A DNA stretch of 64,000 bases from Candidatus Eiseniibacteriota bacterium. Lineage in GTDB: Bacteria > Eisenbacteria > RBG-16-71-46. The stretch is from positions 96,001 through 160,000 of the forward strand of contig CAVUWA010000004.1 in NCBI GenBank assembly GCA_963744995.1, read 5' to 3'. The translations under genes and the position numbers were made by a program. Below are positions 54,066 to 64,000 of this stretch, in pieces (position 1 is the first letter of the stretch; the number at the start of each line of letters is the position of its first letter). The notes beneath the pieces were generated by a model. The model was not told the origin of the DNA. It worked only from the letters and a program-made list of their open reading frames with translations, and did no database searches.

Positions 54066-55045
54066 GTCTTCACCCCGGAGCCGGCGCGCGGGTCGAACGC
54101 GCCGAACCTGCGCGCCATGTCGCGGTAGGCCTCGCGCGTGGTGTCGTCGGTGGCGGGCGGCAGGGCGATCTGCAGAAGCACGTAGAGATCGCCCGGCGTG
54201 CTGCCCGGGATGCCGCGGCCCTTGAGCCGCAGCTTCGTCCCGGCCGTCGATCCGGCGGGAACCTTGAGCTGCACGGGACCGCCCGGGGTCTCGAGTTTGA
54301 CCGTCGCCCCCAGCGCGGCCTCCCACGGCGCGACCGGGAGATCCACGTACACGTCGCGATCCTCCACGCGGTAGCGCGGGTGCGGACGAAAGGCGACCTC
54401 CAGGTACAGGTCGCCCGCCTGGCCTTTCCCCATGCCGGGGCCGCCCTGGCCCTTCAGGCGCAGCACCTGTCCGGCACGAATGCCGCGCGGGAACGTCACG
54501 TTGAGCCTGCGCTCGCGCATGGACACGCGCCCCTGGCCGTCGACTTCGGGGATCTGCAGGGTCATCATGCGCGTCGCGCCGTGGTAGGCGTCTTCGAGCT
54601 CGATGAGCACTTTCGCGTGCCGGTCTTCACCCTGCGCGTGGAACGCGGTGCGTGTCCCGCGCCCGGCGCCGAAGCCGCCCGCGCCGAAGCCGCGGCCGAA
54701 CAGGGCCTCGAAGAAGTCGCTGAATTCACCGAACTCCGCGGCGCCACCCGCGAAACCGCGACCGAAGCCGCCGGGCGTCTCGACTCCCGCGTTCCAGTCG
54801 GGCGGCGGACGGAAGTCCTGACCTTCCTTCCAGTTCGAACCCAGCCGGTCGTACGCCGCGCGCTTGACCGGATCCTTGAGCACTTCATAGGCCTCGCCCA
54901 GCTCCTTGAAGCGGGCTTCCGCCCCGGGCGTCTTGTTCACGTCGGGGTGGAGCTTGCGGGCCTTCTTGCGGTAGGCGCGCTTGATGTCGTCCGCGCTCGC
55001 GTCGCGCGGCACTCCGATGATCTGGTAGTAGTCCTTGTATTCCAT
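54062..55045 (-). CDS. cbpA: Curved DNA-binding protein / DnaJ-class co-chaperone
   Basis: MEYKDYY...HPD J-domain, G/F region with [10 protein letters not shown], DnaJ C-terminal domain and no Zn finger. Followed by cbpM. Confidence 0.93.
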   Translation of the reverse strand: MEYKDYYQIIGVPRDASADDIKRAYRKKARKLHPDVNKTPGAEARFKELGEAYEVLKDPVKRAAYDRLGSNWKEGQDFRPPPDWNAGVETPGGFGRGFAGGAAEFGEFSDFFEALFGRGFGAGGFGAGRGTRTAFHAQGEDRHAKVLIELEDAYHGATRMMTLQIPEVDGQGRVSMRERRLNVTFPRGIRAGQVLRLKGQGGPGMGKGQAGDLYLEVAFRPHPRYRVEDRDVYVDLPVAPWEAALGATVKLETPGGPVQLKVPAGSTAGTKLRLKGRGIPGSTPGDLYVLLQIALPPATDDTTREAYRDMARRFGAFDPRAGSGVKT

Positions 55046-55370
55046 GTTTCTCCCTGGCGAATGCGCGGCGTCCGCCGCCGCCGGGCGGGATTGTACTCCT
55101 CTCGTCGCAGGTCGCACCGGCGTCCCGGGCGGCCGCGCGCCGCGTGGCGTCGATCGGGCGCCGCTCGCCGTGCCGGCGGAAGCAGGGGGCCGGTCCGGGA
55201 GCCGGCGGAGGCTCCTCTCGTTCCGCTCGCGGCCCACTCGACGATTCGGCCGCGCGGCGCGAGAATGGAGCCAGCGCACGGATTCCACGGCCGCAGCACG
55301 GATACCGGGCACGTTCGTCCCGCCGCTGCGCGTCGGCGCGGGACCGGTGCCCCCGGGAAAGGAAGAGGCC

Positions 55371-55733
55371 ATGCAGGTCCAGGTGAATACAGACCGTCAC
55401 ATCAAGGGACACGAGAAGCTCGCGACCCAGGTTCGCGAGGCGGCGGAGACCGCGCTCAGCCATATCAGCGACCGCATCACGCGGGTGGAAGTCCATCTCA
55501 GCGACCAGAACGCCGACAAGAGCGGCGCGGACGACAAACGCTGCGTGATGGAAGCGCGGCTCAAGGGTCGCCGGCCGGTCGCCGTCACGCACGATGCGGC
55601 CACGCTGGAGCTGGCCATCGACGGCGCGGCGACCAAGCTCAGCCGCTCGCTCGAGCGCACCCTCGACAAGATCACCGATCCGCGCAATCACACGGCGCCG
55701 GTGGCGAAGGAAGACGGAACCACGGAGATCTGA
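55371..55733 (+). CDS. HPF/RaiA family ribosome-associated protein
   Basis: MQVQVNTD...[34 protein letters not shown]. Confidence 0.85.
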   Translation: MQVQVNTDRHIKGHEKLATQVREAAETALSHISDRITRVEVHLSDQNADKSGADDKRCVMEARLKGRRPVAVTHDAATLELAIDGAATKLSRSLERTLDKITDPRNHTAPVAKEDGTTEI

Positions 55734-55757
55734 TCCGCAGCCGGGGCCGGCCGGCAT

Positions 55758-55797
55758 GAACAGGCGCCCGCGCGGCATCGCCGCCGGGCGCCTGTTC
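55758..55797. terminator. Inverted repeat between convergent genes, probable bidirectional terminator
   Basis: Perfect 13-bp stem GAACAGGCGCCCG / CGGGCGCCTGTTC with a 14-nt loop. Confidence 0.6.
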
Positions 55798-55811
55798 GCA
55801 TCCTCCGCGCG

Positions 55812-57239
55812 CTACTTCGCCGGATGGATGTTCTGGTTCAGGCGGAACAGATTCTTCGGGTCGTACTTGGCCTTCACCTTCGCCAGCCGCTCGTAGTTGC
55901 TTCCGAAGGCGCCCTTTTGCACGCGCTGGTCATCGTCCTCGGGCATGAAGTTCACGTAGACGCCGCCGGTCGAGAACGGCTGCGCGGCGTCGAACAGACC
56001 GCGCGCCCAGCCGATGCACCGATCGTCGTCGGAGGCGTTCTCCCATCTCGTGTGAAGATTCATGATGAACTCCGCGTCGCGGTGCGGATACGCGGTCGCA
56101 TCGGCGGCCACACGATTGACGGCGGCACCCAGATGGATGAGCACGATCTCCGTGTGGGGGGAAGGCAGTCGGTGCGCGGCGTCCATCACCGCGTCGAACA
56201 GGCCGTCGTCGAGCTTCAGGAAGTCGTGCGACTTCCAGTAGTTCCTCGCGCCCGGGGTCAGCAGCGGATCGAAAGCCTGCTGCCAGCCGGCGTAGGGATG
56301 CGGGCCGATCACGTCGGCGATCGGCTTGCCGAGCTTGCGCAGGGGCGCGACGGCCTTCTCGGCCTTCTTCATGCTGCCCGTGGTGCAGACGCCGAAGATC
56401 ATGATCGGCTGGCCGTGATGGGACTCCGGCAGGAACGGCAGCGGCGGCGCCTTGCGGATCACCACCCACGCCGAGACCTCGTCCGGGACGGTGGCGAGAT
56501 ACTCACGGTACTTCGGCAGCAGGTCGGCCGCGGCCGACAGCGGATGGACGATGAGGCCCGAGAGAATCTGCGGGCCGACCTTGTGCAGCTTGAACTCGAA
56601 AGACGTCGCAATGCCGAAGTTGCCGCCGCCGCCACGCACCGCCCAGAACAGGTCGGGGTTCTTGCGGGCGCTCGCCGTAACCAGCTCGCCCTTCGCGGTG
56701 ACGACGTCCACCTCGCGCAGGTTGTCCACGGTGAGTCCGTACTTGCGGCTGATCCAGCCGAAGCCGCCGCCGAGGGTGAGTCCGGAGACGCCGGTCGTGG
56801 AATTGATCCCGAGCGGGGTCGCGAGGCCGAATGCCTGGGTCTCGTGGTCCATCTCGCGGAGCGTGGCACCGGCCTCGACGCGCGCCGTCTTCGCCTTCGG
56901 ATCCACGCGCACCGATTTCATCTGTGACAGATCGAGCAGCAGACCGCCGTCGCAGACCGACTTCCCGGCGATGCTGTGCCCGCCGGCCCGCACGGCGAGC
57001 AGCAGGCCGTGGTCGCGCGCCAGGTTGACGGCGAGCACGACGTCGGCGGCGCCGGCCGCGCGCACGACCGCCGCCGGGCGGCGGTCGATCATGGCGTTCC
57101 AGAGCGTGCGGGCCTGGTCGTAGCCGGGCTCGCCCGGCAGGCAGAGCGAGCCGCGCAGTCCGGCGCGCAGCGCGTCGACGACGTCGCCGGGGAGCGTGGT
57201 CCTTCGTTCGTCAAGGGTCGTGACGTCGAGTGTGGTCAT
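55812..57239 (-). CDS. FAD-binding oxidoreductase with BBE domain (VAO/PCMH fold)
   Basis: RAGGHS (covalent-FAD His), GLTLGGGFG, DLFWAVRGGGGNFG, YVNF and KAKYDPKNLFRLNQNI. ATG 57239 after AGGAGG. Confidence 0.93.
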   Translation of the reverse strand: MTTLDVTTLDERRTTLPGDVVDALRAGLRGSLCLPGEPGYDQARTLWNAMIDRRPAAVVRAAGAADVVLAVNLARDHGLLLAVRAGGHSIAGKSVCDGGLLLDLSQMKSVRVDPKAKTARVEAGATLREMDHETQAFGLATPLGINSTTGVSGLTLGGGFGWISRKYGLTVDNLREVDVVTAKGELVTASARKNPDLFWAVRGGGGNFGIATSFEFKLHKVGPQILSGLIVHPLSAAADLLPKYREYLATVPDEVSAWVVIRKAPPLPFLPESHHGQPIMIFGVCTTGSMKKAEKAVAPLRKLGKPIADVIGPHPYAGWQQAFDPLLTPGARNYWKSHDFLKLDDGLFDAVMDAAHRLPSPHTEIVLIHLGAAVNRVAADATAYPHRDAEFIMNLHTRWENASDDDRCIGWARGLFDAAQPFSTGGVYVNFMPEDDDQRVQKGAFGSNYERLAKVKAKYDPKNLFRLNQNIHPAK

Positions 57240-57600
57240 GTCGACATTCCTCCTTCGGACGGATACGGCCCGCGCTCGAAAAAACGAACGCGCTGAGGGG
57301 GCCGGCCGACTCCGACGGGCGGCGGCGCCGATCGGCGCCTGCTCGCCGCGAAGCCGGCCGCGGGAGAACGGTCTCCAACGGTGTGACATCGAGCGGGACG
57401 GTGCAAGTCCGATTTGCGGGACGGTGAGGGTCCGGAAACCGTTTCGTCGCTGCATATTCAGGACGACGCTGCGCCCGGGCCGGATGCGGGCATGCTCGAA
57501 TCCGTGCACGGTGGCTCCGTCGTCGGCCACGCCGGACGCACGGGCCCTGCCTCACCGCCGTCTCGCGTTCGCTTCGATCCCGCCATTCCGGAGGCTTCCT

Positions 57601-59933
57601 TTGAAGGCACCCCGCTCGAGAGTTCTCCAAAACCTGACCTTTCCACGGGTCGCCCTCGCCGTGCTCGCGTCGCTTCTCGCGCTGGCAGCCGTCCCGATCG
57701 CCCATGCCGACGGCGCCGTCTACTACTGGGGCGACTTCGTCACGAACGGGGTGGAGCGGGTCGGCCGCTACGACGTGCGCGCCGGCACCGCGGCCGTGCT
57801 GCCCCTCGACAGTCTCCAGGACGGCAGCGGGATCGACGGCGTCGGCGCCGCGCCGCACGGGTCGGCGATCGCCATCGCCGGGGCGATGGACGGCTCCCTG
57901 AACGGCGTCCTCTATCGCTTCGGTCCGCTGGGCGGAGTCGCCACGCCGCTGCGGACCGGCGCCACCACCGACGACTATGCGGGCATCACGTTCTCGCCCG
58001 ACAGCGCATGGATCGCGTTCCTCTCGGACCTCGACCTCGACGGCAGCTTCGCGCTGTACGTCGTGCCGGCCGGGCGGCGGCGCCGTGACGCGGGTGAGCC
58101 AGGCGCCGGTGAGCTCCACCCAGGACATCACCGACTTCGCATGGGCGAGCGACTCGCACACGATCGCGTTCAGAGGGGATCCGGTGACGAACAACGTGAA
58201 CAGCCTCTGGACCGCAGACGTGACGAACCCCGTCGCGACGCTCACGGAGGTCGTTCCCGGCGGCGCACCCGACCCGCACGTTGCGACGGCGTTCGGCTTC
58301 GACACGGACGGCCGCGTGTACTTCATCTCCGACTACCAGCAGACCGGCCTCCGCCGCCTCTACCGTGCGAACGCGGACGGCTCCGGTCTCGAACAGCTGC
58401 CGGGGACCCAGCTCGCGAACGGTGGCGGCGAAGCGGGTATCGGCACCCTGGCGTTGTCGCCCGACGGCACGAAGATCGCGTTCAGCGCGGACGCGCCCGA
58501 AGCCGGACTCTCGCAGGTCTACACGATGCCGGTCGCCGGGACGGCGCCCGTCCGGGTCTCCGGCGTGCAGGTCGTGTCCGACGGCTTCGTGCGCGGTCCG
58601 GGACAGATCGCCTGGAGTCCGGATCAGACCCACCTCGCCGTCGCCGCCGACTGGAATCCCGGCGACGGCGCCGCTGCGGGCGACAACTCCGCCTACGTGC
58701 TGCCGGCCTTCGGACCCGCAGGGGGCGTCCGGGTGCTGGCCGCGTCGACGTCGATCGACGCCCAGCAACTCGCATTCGCGTCGAGCACGAGCCTCATCGT
58801 GCTCGGCGACTTCGTGGTGAACAACGACAGCGAACTGTTCGAGGTCACGGATCTGGCGAGCGCCGATCAGAACCCCGCGGACGTCCGCATCCAGTCGGTT
58901 CCGGCCGGCGGCGACGTCCTCGGCTTCACCGTGGTGCCGCTCCGCGCCGCACCGCCCGAACCGGCGATCGTCTCGATCACGGACGTCGGCAACGACCAGG
59001 GCAGGCAGGTGAGCCTGGTGTGGAAGGCAAGCGGGCTGGACGCGGCCGGCAGCCAGCTGCCGGTCACGCAGTACGCGATCTTCCGCCGGATCGACGCGGC
59101 GCTGGCGCCGGCGGCCTCGCCGGGCGCGCGGATGCGGGCGCGCCGGGACGTGCGTGGGACGGCGCCGGCCGCCGTGCAGCTCGGCGGCTGGCACTACGTG
59201 ACGTCGGTGCCGGCGTTCGCCGAGGCGCAATACGCGGTGGTGGTGCCCACGCTCAAGGACTCCACCGTCAGCGAAGGCCTGTACTCGACCGTCTTCATGG
59301 TGCGTGCCGCGACGACGCAGCCCGCGCTGTTCGTCGACTCGGCTGCCGATAGCGGCTATTCGGTGGACAACCTCGCGCCGGCCGTGCCCACGAACCTCGC
59401 CTTCCAGGCGCCGCGCGTGCTCGTCGTGGGATCCGCCGGCAGAAGCCGACTTCGCCTACCACACCGTGTACGGCTCGCCGACGGGCTCGATGAACGACGC
59501 CGTGCGCATCGGCCGTACGGTGGACCCCACGTTCGACGTGAACGCGACACCCTATGCGTACTACCTGGTGACGACCACCGACTTCTCCGGCAACGAAGGC
59601 GCGGACGCCGCGCTGATGGATCCGGCGACCACCGGGACCGGGACCGCGCTGCCCGGCGTGTTCGCGTTCGTCGCCGCCGCGCCGAATCCGTTCGGCACGA
59701 CGGTGGCGTTCACCTTCGACGTGCCGCACACGGGCTCCGTCGAGGTGCGCCTGTTCGATTCGAGCGGACGCGCCGTGCGCGGGCTGGTGGCGCGGCGCTT
59801 CACGCCCGGGCGCTACACCGCGCGCTGGGACGGCGCCGACGATCACGGCCGTCGCGTGGCGCCGGGCGTCTACTTCGCGCGGATCCGCGCGGGCGCGTTC
59901 GAAGCTTCGCGACGGATCGTGCGCACGCGTTGA
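57601..59933 (+). pseudogene. Secreted TolB-like beta-propeller + Fn3-like + FlgD Ig protein, interrupted by two +1 frameshifts (pseudogene or sequencing error)
   Basis: TTG 57601 lies 6 nt after GGAGG and is followed by a signal peptide. The coding sense moves from the ORF-57196 frame to the ORF-57977 frame near 58072 and to the ORF-59304 frame near 59423. PD40-like repeats (FSPDSAWIAF, LSPDGTKIAF, WSPDQTHLA). C-terminus APNPF...WDGADDHG...GVYFARI. Confidence 0.8.
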
Positions 59934-59960
59934 ACGAGGCGCCGGGGGGCGCTTCGCGGG

Positions 59961-59997
59961 AAGCGGGTGGGCTCGAGTCGGAGCCGCCCGCTTTCTC
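59961..59997 (+). terminator. Probable intrinsic terminator
   Basis: AAGCGGGTGGGCTC-N6-GAGCCGCCCGCTT hairpin running into TTTCTCGTT, between convergent genes. Confidence 0.5.
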
Positions 59998-60045
59998 GTT
60001 GCCACCGGCCGCGGCGAGGGGCGCGTGGCCCCCCGGGGGTGAGAA

Positions 60046-61491
60046 CTACGGCTGGGGGCGGGCGGCCGCCGGACTCCGGATCGGCAGCACGACGCGGAAC
60101 TCGGTCCGTCCCGGGCGCGATTCCACGACGATGTCACCGTGGAAGCTGCGCAGGAGCCGGCGCGTGATCTCGAGGCCGAGGCCGGTGCCCTGGCCGGGCG
60201 GCTTGGTGGTGAAGAACGGATCGAAGATCCGCGGCAGCACGTCGGCGGGAATCCCCGGACCGTCGTCGATCACGCTGACGAGGACGCGGTCGAGGTCCTT
60301 TCTCGCACGAATTTCGATCCGCCCGGTTTCGGCAATCGCGTCCAGTGCATTGTCGATCAGATTCAACCACACCTGGTTGAGCTCCCCGCCGTTGGCGTGC
60401 ACGCGGGGCAGTTCGGCTTCCACGTCCAGGGTGATGGCGGCTCCCTTCGACCTCGCCTTCGACGCCAGCACGCGCACGGTGTCGCGGAGCCCGGGCTCGA
60501 CGTCCACGGACTCGGGCCCGGCCAGGTTGTCCATGTAGGTGAACTTCTTGACGGCGGCCACCAGCTCGTGAATGCGGGTCGCGGCGCGTTCGATGTCCAC
60601 GGCGAGTGCATACGTGGTGCAGCCGGCGGCCATCCAGCTGATCGCGGCGTCGAGCGTCTTGCCCGACGTCGTGCGCGCCACCGCGTCCAGGGTTTCGATC
60701 GTGACGGGCGTGCCGGCGAGCGGCCCGGCGTGCGCGGGATCGGAGCCGTGGCGCACCAGCCAGTCGGCGATCGCGTCCTCCCGATCCGCCTGCTCGATGG
60801 GCGACAGGACGTCGCCGGACGGCGCCGCCAGGCATGCGGCGCGCGCCCGCTGGATCGTCTCGAACGCTTCGGCCGGCGGGTGCGCCGCGCCGAGCGCCAT
60901 GGAGGCCGCGTCGGCTTCGGCCAGACTCGAAAGCAGGTGTGCGGCGCCTCGCACCGTCGCCGAGGCGGGGTTGTTGAGCTCGTGAGCCAGCCCGGCCGCG
61001 AGCCGGCCGAGCGAAATCATCTTCTCGTCGTGCAGATCGCTGGCGTTGAAGCTGCGCGCGCGATCGAGCATGAGGTGCACGGTGTAGGCCGTGAACGCCG
61101 GACAGCGGTTGACCATTTCCGGAAAGAGGATCACGGGAACCGCGAGGATCTCGGCCCTCTCCGCGATGAAGTTGTTGCCGGGCGGACTCGTCATCCGCGA
61201 GTAGGGCAGCTTGCCACTGACCTCGCCCGCCCTCCACTCCATCACCCGTCGCGGGCCGGAGCCGCGGTCCACGGTGACCTGGATGCTTCCGGAGAGAATG
61301 ACCCAGAGGAACTCGATGGGCCGGCCCTTGCGCCCGATCACCACGCCCGGTTCGCGCACCTCGAAAATCCCGTGCGCGACCAGCCACTCCAGCTCTTCGC
61401 GCGGAATCTCCGCGAGGTTGGGGAGCGCGGCCAGCCGATCGACGAGTGCCATGTCAGCCAATGAACGGACCCTCTCTGTGGCCGGCGCCAC
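60046..61491 (-). CDS. Sensor histidine kinase with N-terminal cNMP-binding-like domain
   Basis: H-box LAHELNNP, N-box [25 protein letters not shown] and GTGLGL. Soluble. Start may be ATG 61452. Confidence 0.9.
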   Translation of the reverse strand: MAPATERVRSLADMALVDRLAALPNLAEIPREELEWLVAHGIFEVREPGVVIGRKGRPIEFLWVILSGSIQVTVDRGSGPRRVMEWRAGEVSGKLPYSRMTSPPGNNFIAERAEILAVPVILFPEMVNRCPAFTAYTVHLMLDRARSFNASDLHDEKMISLGRLAAGLAHELNNPASATVRGAAHLLSSLAEADAASMALGAAHPPAEAFETIQRARAACLAAPSGDVLSPIEQADREDAIADWLVRHGSDPAHAGPLAGTPVTIETLDAVARTTSGKTLDAAISWMAAGCTTYALAVDIERAATRIHELVAAVKKFTYMDNLAGPESVDVEPGLRDTVRVLASKARSKGAAITLDVEAELPRVHANGGELNQVWLNLIDNALDAIAETGRIEIRARKDLDRVLVSVIDDGPGIPADVLPRIFDPFFTTKPPGQGTGLGLEITRRLLRSFHGDIVVESRPGRTEFRVVLPIRSPAAARPQP

Positions 61492-61500
61492 GGTGCCGCA

Positions 61501-63159
61501 TCAGACGGTCTGCAGGTACCGGTGCACCATGCCGATGGTCGCGGAGCCTTCACCCACGGCCGCGGCGACGCGTTTTCCGGATCCATGTCGCGCATCGCCC
61601 GCCACGAAGATGCCGGGGACGCTGGATTCGAACGGGAACGGCTCGCGATCCGCGGTCCAGCCGGCGGGCGGCTTGCCGTCGACCAGGGTGTCGCGCCCGG
61701 TGAGGACGAATCCCTCGGCGTCACGCGCGACCAGATCCGCGAGGATCCCGGTGCGCGGCGAGGCGCCGATGAAGATGAACACGCCGTCGGCCGGCACGTC
61801 ACGACTCGTTCCGGATGCCGTGTCGGTCAGCGATACGGTCTCGAGCCGTTCCGTGCCGCGCGCTTCGGCGAGCACGGTCCGGGCGAGCACTTCGATGTTC
61901 TCGGTTTCGCCGATGCGATCCACCAGATACCGCGACATCTCGTCGAGGCCCGGACCGCGCACGAGCATCGTGACCCTGCGCGCGTAGCGCGCGAAGAACA
62001 GGGCGCCCTGTCCCGCCGAGTTGGCGCCGCCGATCACGAACACGTCGCGGCCCCGATAGGTCGCGGCCTCCGTCAGGGCGGCACCGTAATAGATGCCGCA
62101 TCCGACCAGCTCCGCAACCCCCGGCACGTCGAGGTGGCGCACTTCCATGCCGGGGGTGAACAGCACCGCGTAGCAGCTCAGTTCCGAGCCGTCGGCCAGC
62201 CGGATCGTCCGGTACGGATCGTTGCGCTCGATGCCGACGACTTCCTGCGCGGAGAGGAGCTCCGCGCCGAAGCGGCGCGCCTGGGTCGCGGCGCGGCGCG
62301 CGAGGTCGGCGCCGCTCAGGCCGCCCGGGAAACCGAGGTAGTTCTCGATCCGCGAGCTGGTCCCGGCCTGGCCGCCCGGCGCATTGCGTTCGACGAGGAC
62401 GGTGCGCAGTCCTTCGGAGGCGGCATAGACCGCACCGGCCAGCCCGGCCGGACCGCCACCGACGATCACGACGTCGTAGAACGGCCGCTTCGCCCGCGTC
62501 TGCAGGCCGATCCGATCGGCCAGGTCGCGTACGGACGGCTGCACCAGCGCGGACCCGTCGGGCAGGAACACCACGGGCAGTCGCGGCGGCTCCGGGGCGA
62601 GCGCGGCCACCAGCTCGCGCGCGGCGGGGTCGGCGTCGACGTCGAGCCACTGATACGGAATCTGGTTGCCCGACAGGAAGTCGCGCACCGCATAGCTGGC
62701 GGCGGCCAGGGCCGCCCCGACGACGCGGATGCCCTCGTACCCGGGGCGGGACTTCGCAAACCAGTCCGACAGCAGGTCGTCGAGCACCGGAAAGAGCCGC
62801 TCGCTCGGCGGCTGCCACGGCTTCAGCAGGTAGTGGTCGAGGCCGATCCGATTGATCGCCGTGATCGCGGTGTCGGTGTCCGCGTAGGCCGTGAGCAACA
62901 CCCGGCGCGCATCCGGGTAGAGCTTGAGCGCCTCCGCCATGAATTCCGTCCCCGTCATTCCCGGCATGCGCTGGTCGGCGAGGAACAGGGCGAGCGCCGT
63001 GCCGCGCTGCTTGAGCTGGCGAACGGTGTCGAGCGCCTGCTGCCCGGAGGACGCCTTCATCACGCGGTAGTCGGAGCTGTAGTGCTGGCGCAGATCGCGC
63101 TCGATGAAATTCAGGACCTCGGGCTCGTCGTCGACGGCCAGAATGACGGGCAGCGCCAT
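61501..63159 (-). CDS. Response-regulator receiver + thioredoxin reductase-like FAD oxidoreductase fusion
   Basis: Receiver motifs [22 protein letters not shown] and KPW. TrxB-like motifs [27 protein letters not shown] and AVGEG. Confidence 0.9.
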   Translation of the reverse strand: MALPVILAVDDEPEVLNFIERDLRQHYSSDYRVMKASSGQQALDTVRQLKQRGTALALFLADQRMPGMTGTEFMAEALKLYPDARRVLLTAYADTDTAITAINRIGLDHYLLKPWQPPSERLFPVLDDLLSDWFAKSRPGYEGIRVVGAALAAASYAVRDFLSGNQIPYQWLDVDADPAARELVAALAPEPPRLPVVFLPDGSALVQPSVRDLADRIGLQTRAKRPFYDVVIVGGGPAGLAGAVYAASEGLRTVLVERNAPGGQAGTSSRIENYLGFPGGLSGADLARRAATQARRFGAELLSAQEVVGIERNDPYRTIRLADGSELSCYAVLFTPGMEVRHLDVPGVAELVGCGIYYGAALTEAATYRGRDVFVIGGANSAGQGALFFARYARRVTMLVRGPGLDEMSRYLVDRIGETENIEVLARTVLAEARGTERLETVSLTDTASGTSRDVPADGVFIFIGASPRTGILADLVARDAEGFVLTGRDTLVDGKPPAGWTADREPFPFESSVPGIFVAGDARHGSGKRVAAAVGEGSATIGMVHRYLQTV

Positions 63160-63378
63160 GGGAACAGCCTCGCAGGGACACGGTGGTTGGAGTGCGGCGA
63201 GGGTAATCTACGCGGGGACGCCCGCGAAATCGAATGCGCGTGTCCGGCAGGCCCGGCGCCGGGCGACCGGCGGGCCGCGCCGGCCGTTCGCAGGTCTTCA
63301 TCGCCCGCGCCCCGTGGTACGTTCCGTCGTTCAGCCGCCGCACGTCTTCCCGAGTTCCATCCCCGGAGGTGTCTCCCC

Positions 63379-64000
63379 ATGTCGCCCCGCCGGTTCGTGT
63401 TTCCGCCGCTCGCCCTCGTTGCCGTCCTGCTCGCCACTTCCGCAACCTTCGCGCTCGCGCCCGCGCCGTCGTTCGCCGCCCGCGCGCGGGCGGCAAACGT
63501 GGATCCGCTCAGCCCCGCGGGCCTCGCCGGCCTGCAGTGGCGCAACATCGGCCCGTTCCGCGGCGGCCGCGTGACCGCGGTCACGGGCGTGGTCGGGCAG
63601 CGCAACGTCTATTACTTCGGCGGCACCGGCGGCGGCGTGTGGAAGAGCGTGGACAGCGGGGTGAGCTGGCAGAACGTGACCGACGGCTACCTCGGCACCG
63701 GCTCGGTCGGCGCCGTCGCCGTCGCCGAGTCCGATCCCAACGTGGTCTACGTCGGCATGGGCGAGGGCTGCATCCGCGGCAACGTGTCGGCCGGCGACGG
63801 CGTGTACAGGTCGGTGGACGCGGGGAAGACCTGGGCGCACGTGGGCCTCGCGGACACGCGGCAGATCCCGCGCATCCGCGTGCATCCGAAGGACCCGAAC
63901 CTCGTCTACGTCGCCGCACTCGGGCACACCTTCGGCCCGAATCGCCAGCGCGGCGTGTTCCGTTCAAAGGACGGCGGGAAGACCTGGCAGAACGTACTGT
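63379..64000 (+). CDS. Secreted BNR/Asp-box (VPS10/sortilin-like, glycosyl hydrolase-like) beta-propeller protein, 5' part only
   Basis: Manual translation from ATG 63379 (GGAGG RBS): signal peptide, [14 protein letters not shown], and Asp-boxes [18 protein letters not shown] and RSKDGGKTW. Open to the window end. Confidence 0.88.
   Translation, partial: MSPRRFVFPPLALVAVLLATSATFALAPAPSFAARARAANVDPLSPAGLAGLQWRNIGPFRGGRVTAVTGVVGQRNVYYFGGTGGGVWKSVDSGVSWQNVTDGYLGTGSVGAVAVAESDPNVVYVGMGEGCIRGNVSAGDGVYRSVDAGKTWAHVGLADTRQIPRIRVHPKDPNLVYVAALGHTFGPNRQRGVFRSKDGGKTWQNVL

Noticed and set aside
1..64000. tRNA, rRNA, CRISPR arrays, transposases, integrases, prophage genes
   Set aside because: None recognised by eye. 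Intergenic gaps are short and composition looks uniform. A covariance-model scan was not run, so small ncRNAs cannot be excluded.

Overview
A very GC-rich (roughly 70% by eye), densely coding bacterial window with about 52 protein genes. I saw no rRNA, tRNA, CRISPR array or mobile element. Four secreted proteins end in a FlgD-type Ig-like domain, a pattern I associate with Gram-negative FCB-related candidate lineages such as Eisenbacteria (inference only). The centrepiece is a tightly coupled 19-gene minus-strand operon (8640-28125) behind a sigma54-like promoter. It joins an Agl/Glt-like trans-envelope motor (ExbB/TolQ, two ExbD/TolR, an AgmX/PglI TonB-like protein, a GltF-like protein, a TPR lipoprotein, a ~1640-aa TPR protein and three small outer-membrane barrels) to a redox module (HzsA-like diheme beta-propeller lipoprotein, a CX5CH lipoprotein, TlpA, DUF4266, and a DUF3570 barrel with a flavinylation-like motif). 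Directly upstream lie apbE, a P-type ATPase, a 34-heme cytochrome c and a divergent stand-alone ccmF; the cytochrome and ccmF each have their own sigma54-like promoter. Next come a self-contained cyclic-nucleotide cassette (FAD oxidoreductase, cNMP-binding protein, FHA-cyclase with a guanylyl-type specificity residue, MBL phosphodiesterase) and an ECF sigma/anti-sigma pair divergent from a cupredoxin-FlgD gene. The rest is mostly housekeeping and stress genes, plus a secreted beta-propeller gene broken by two +1 frameshifts and a receiver-TrxB-like/histidine kinase pair. All family assignments come from reading motifs by eye; no database search was run. Start codons were re-picked by hand from RBS and stop/start overlaps.
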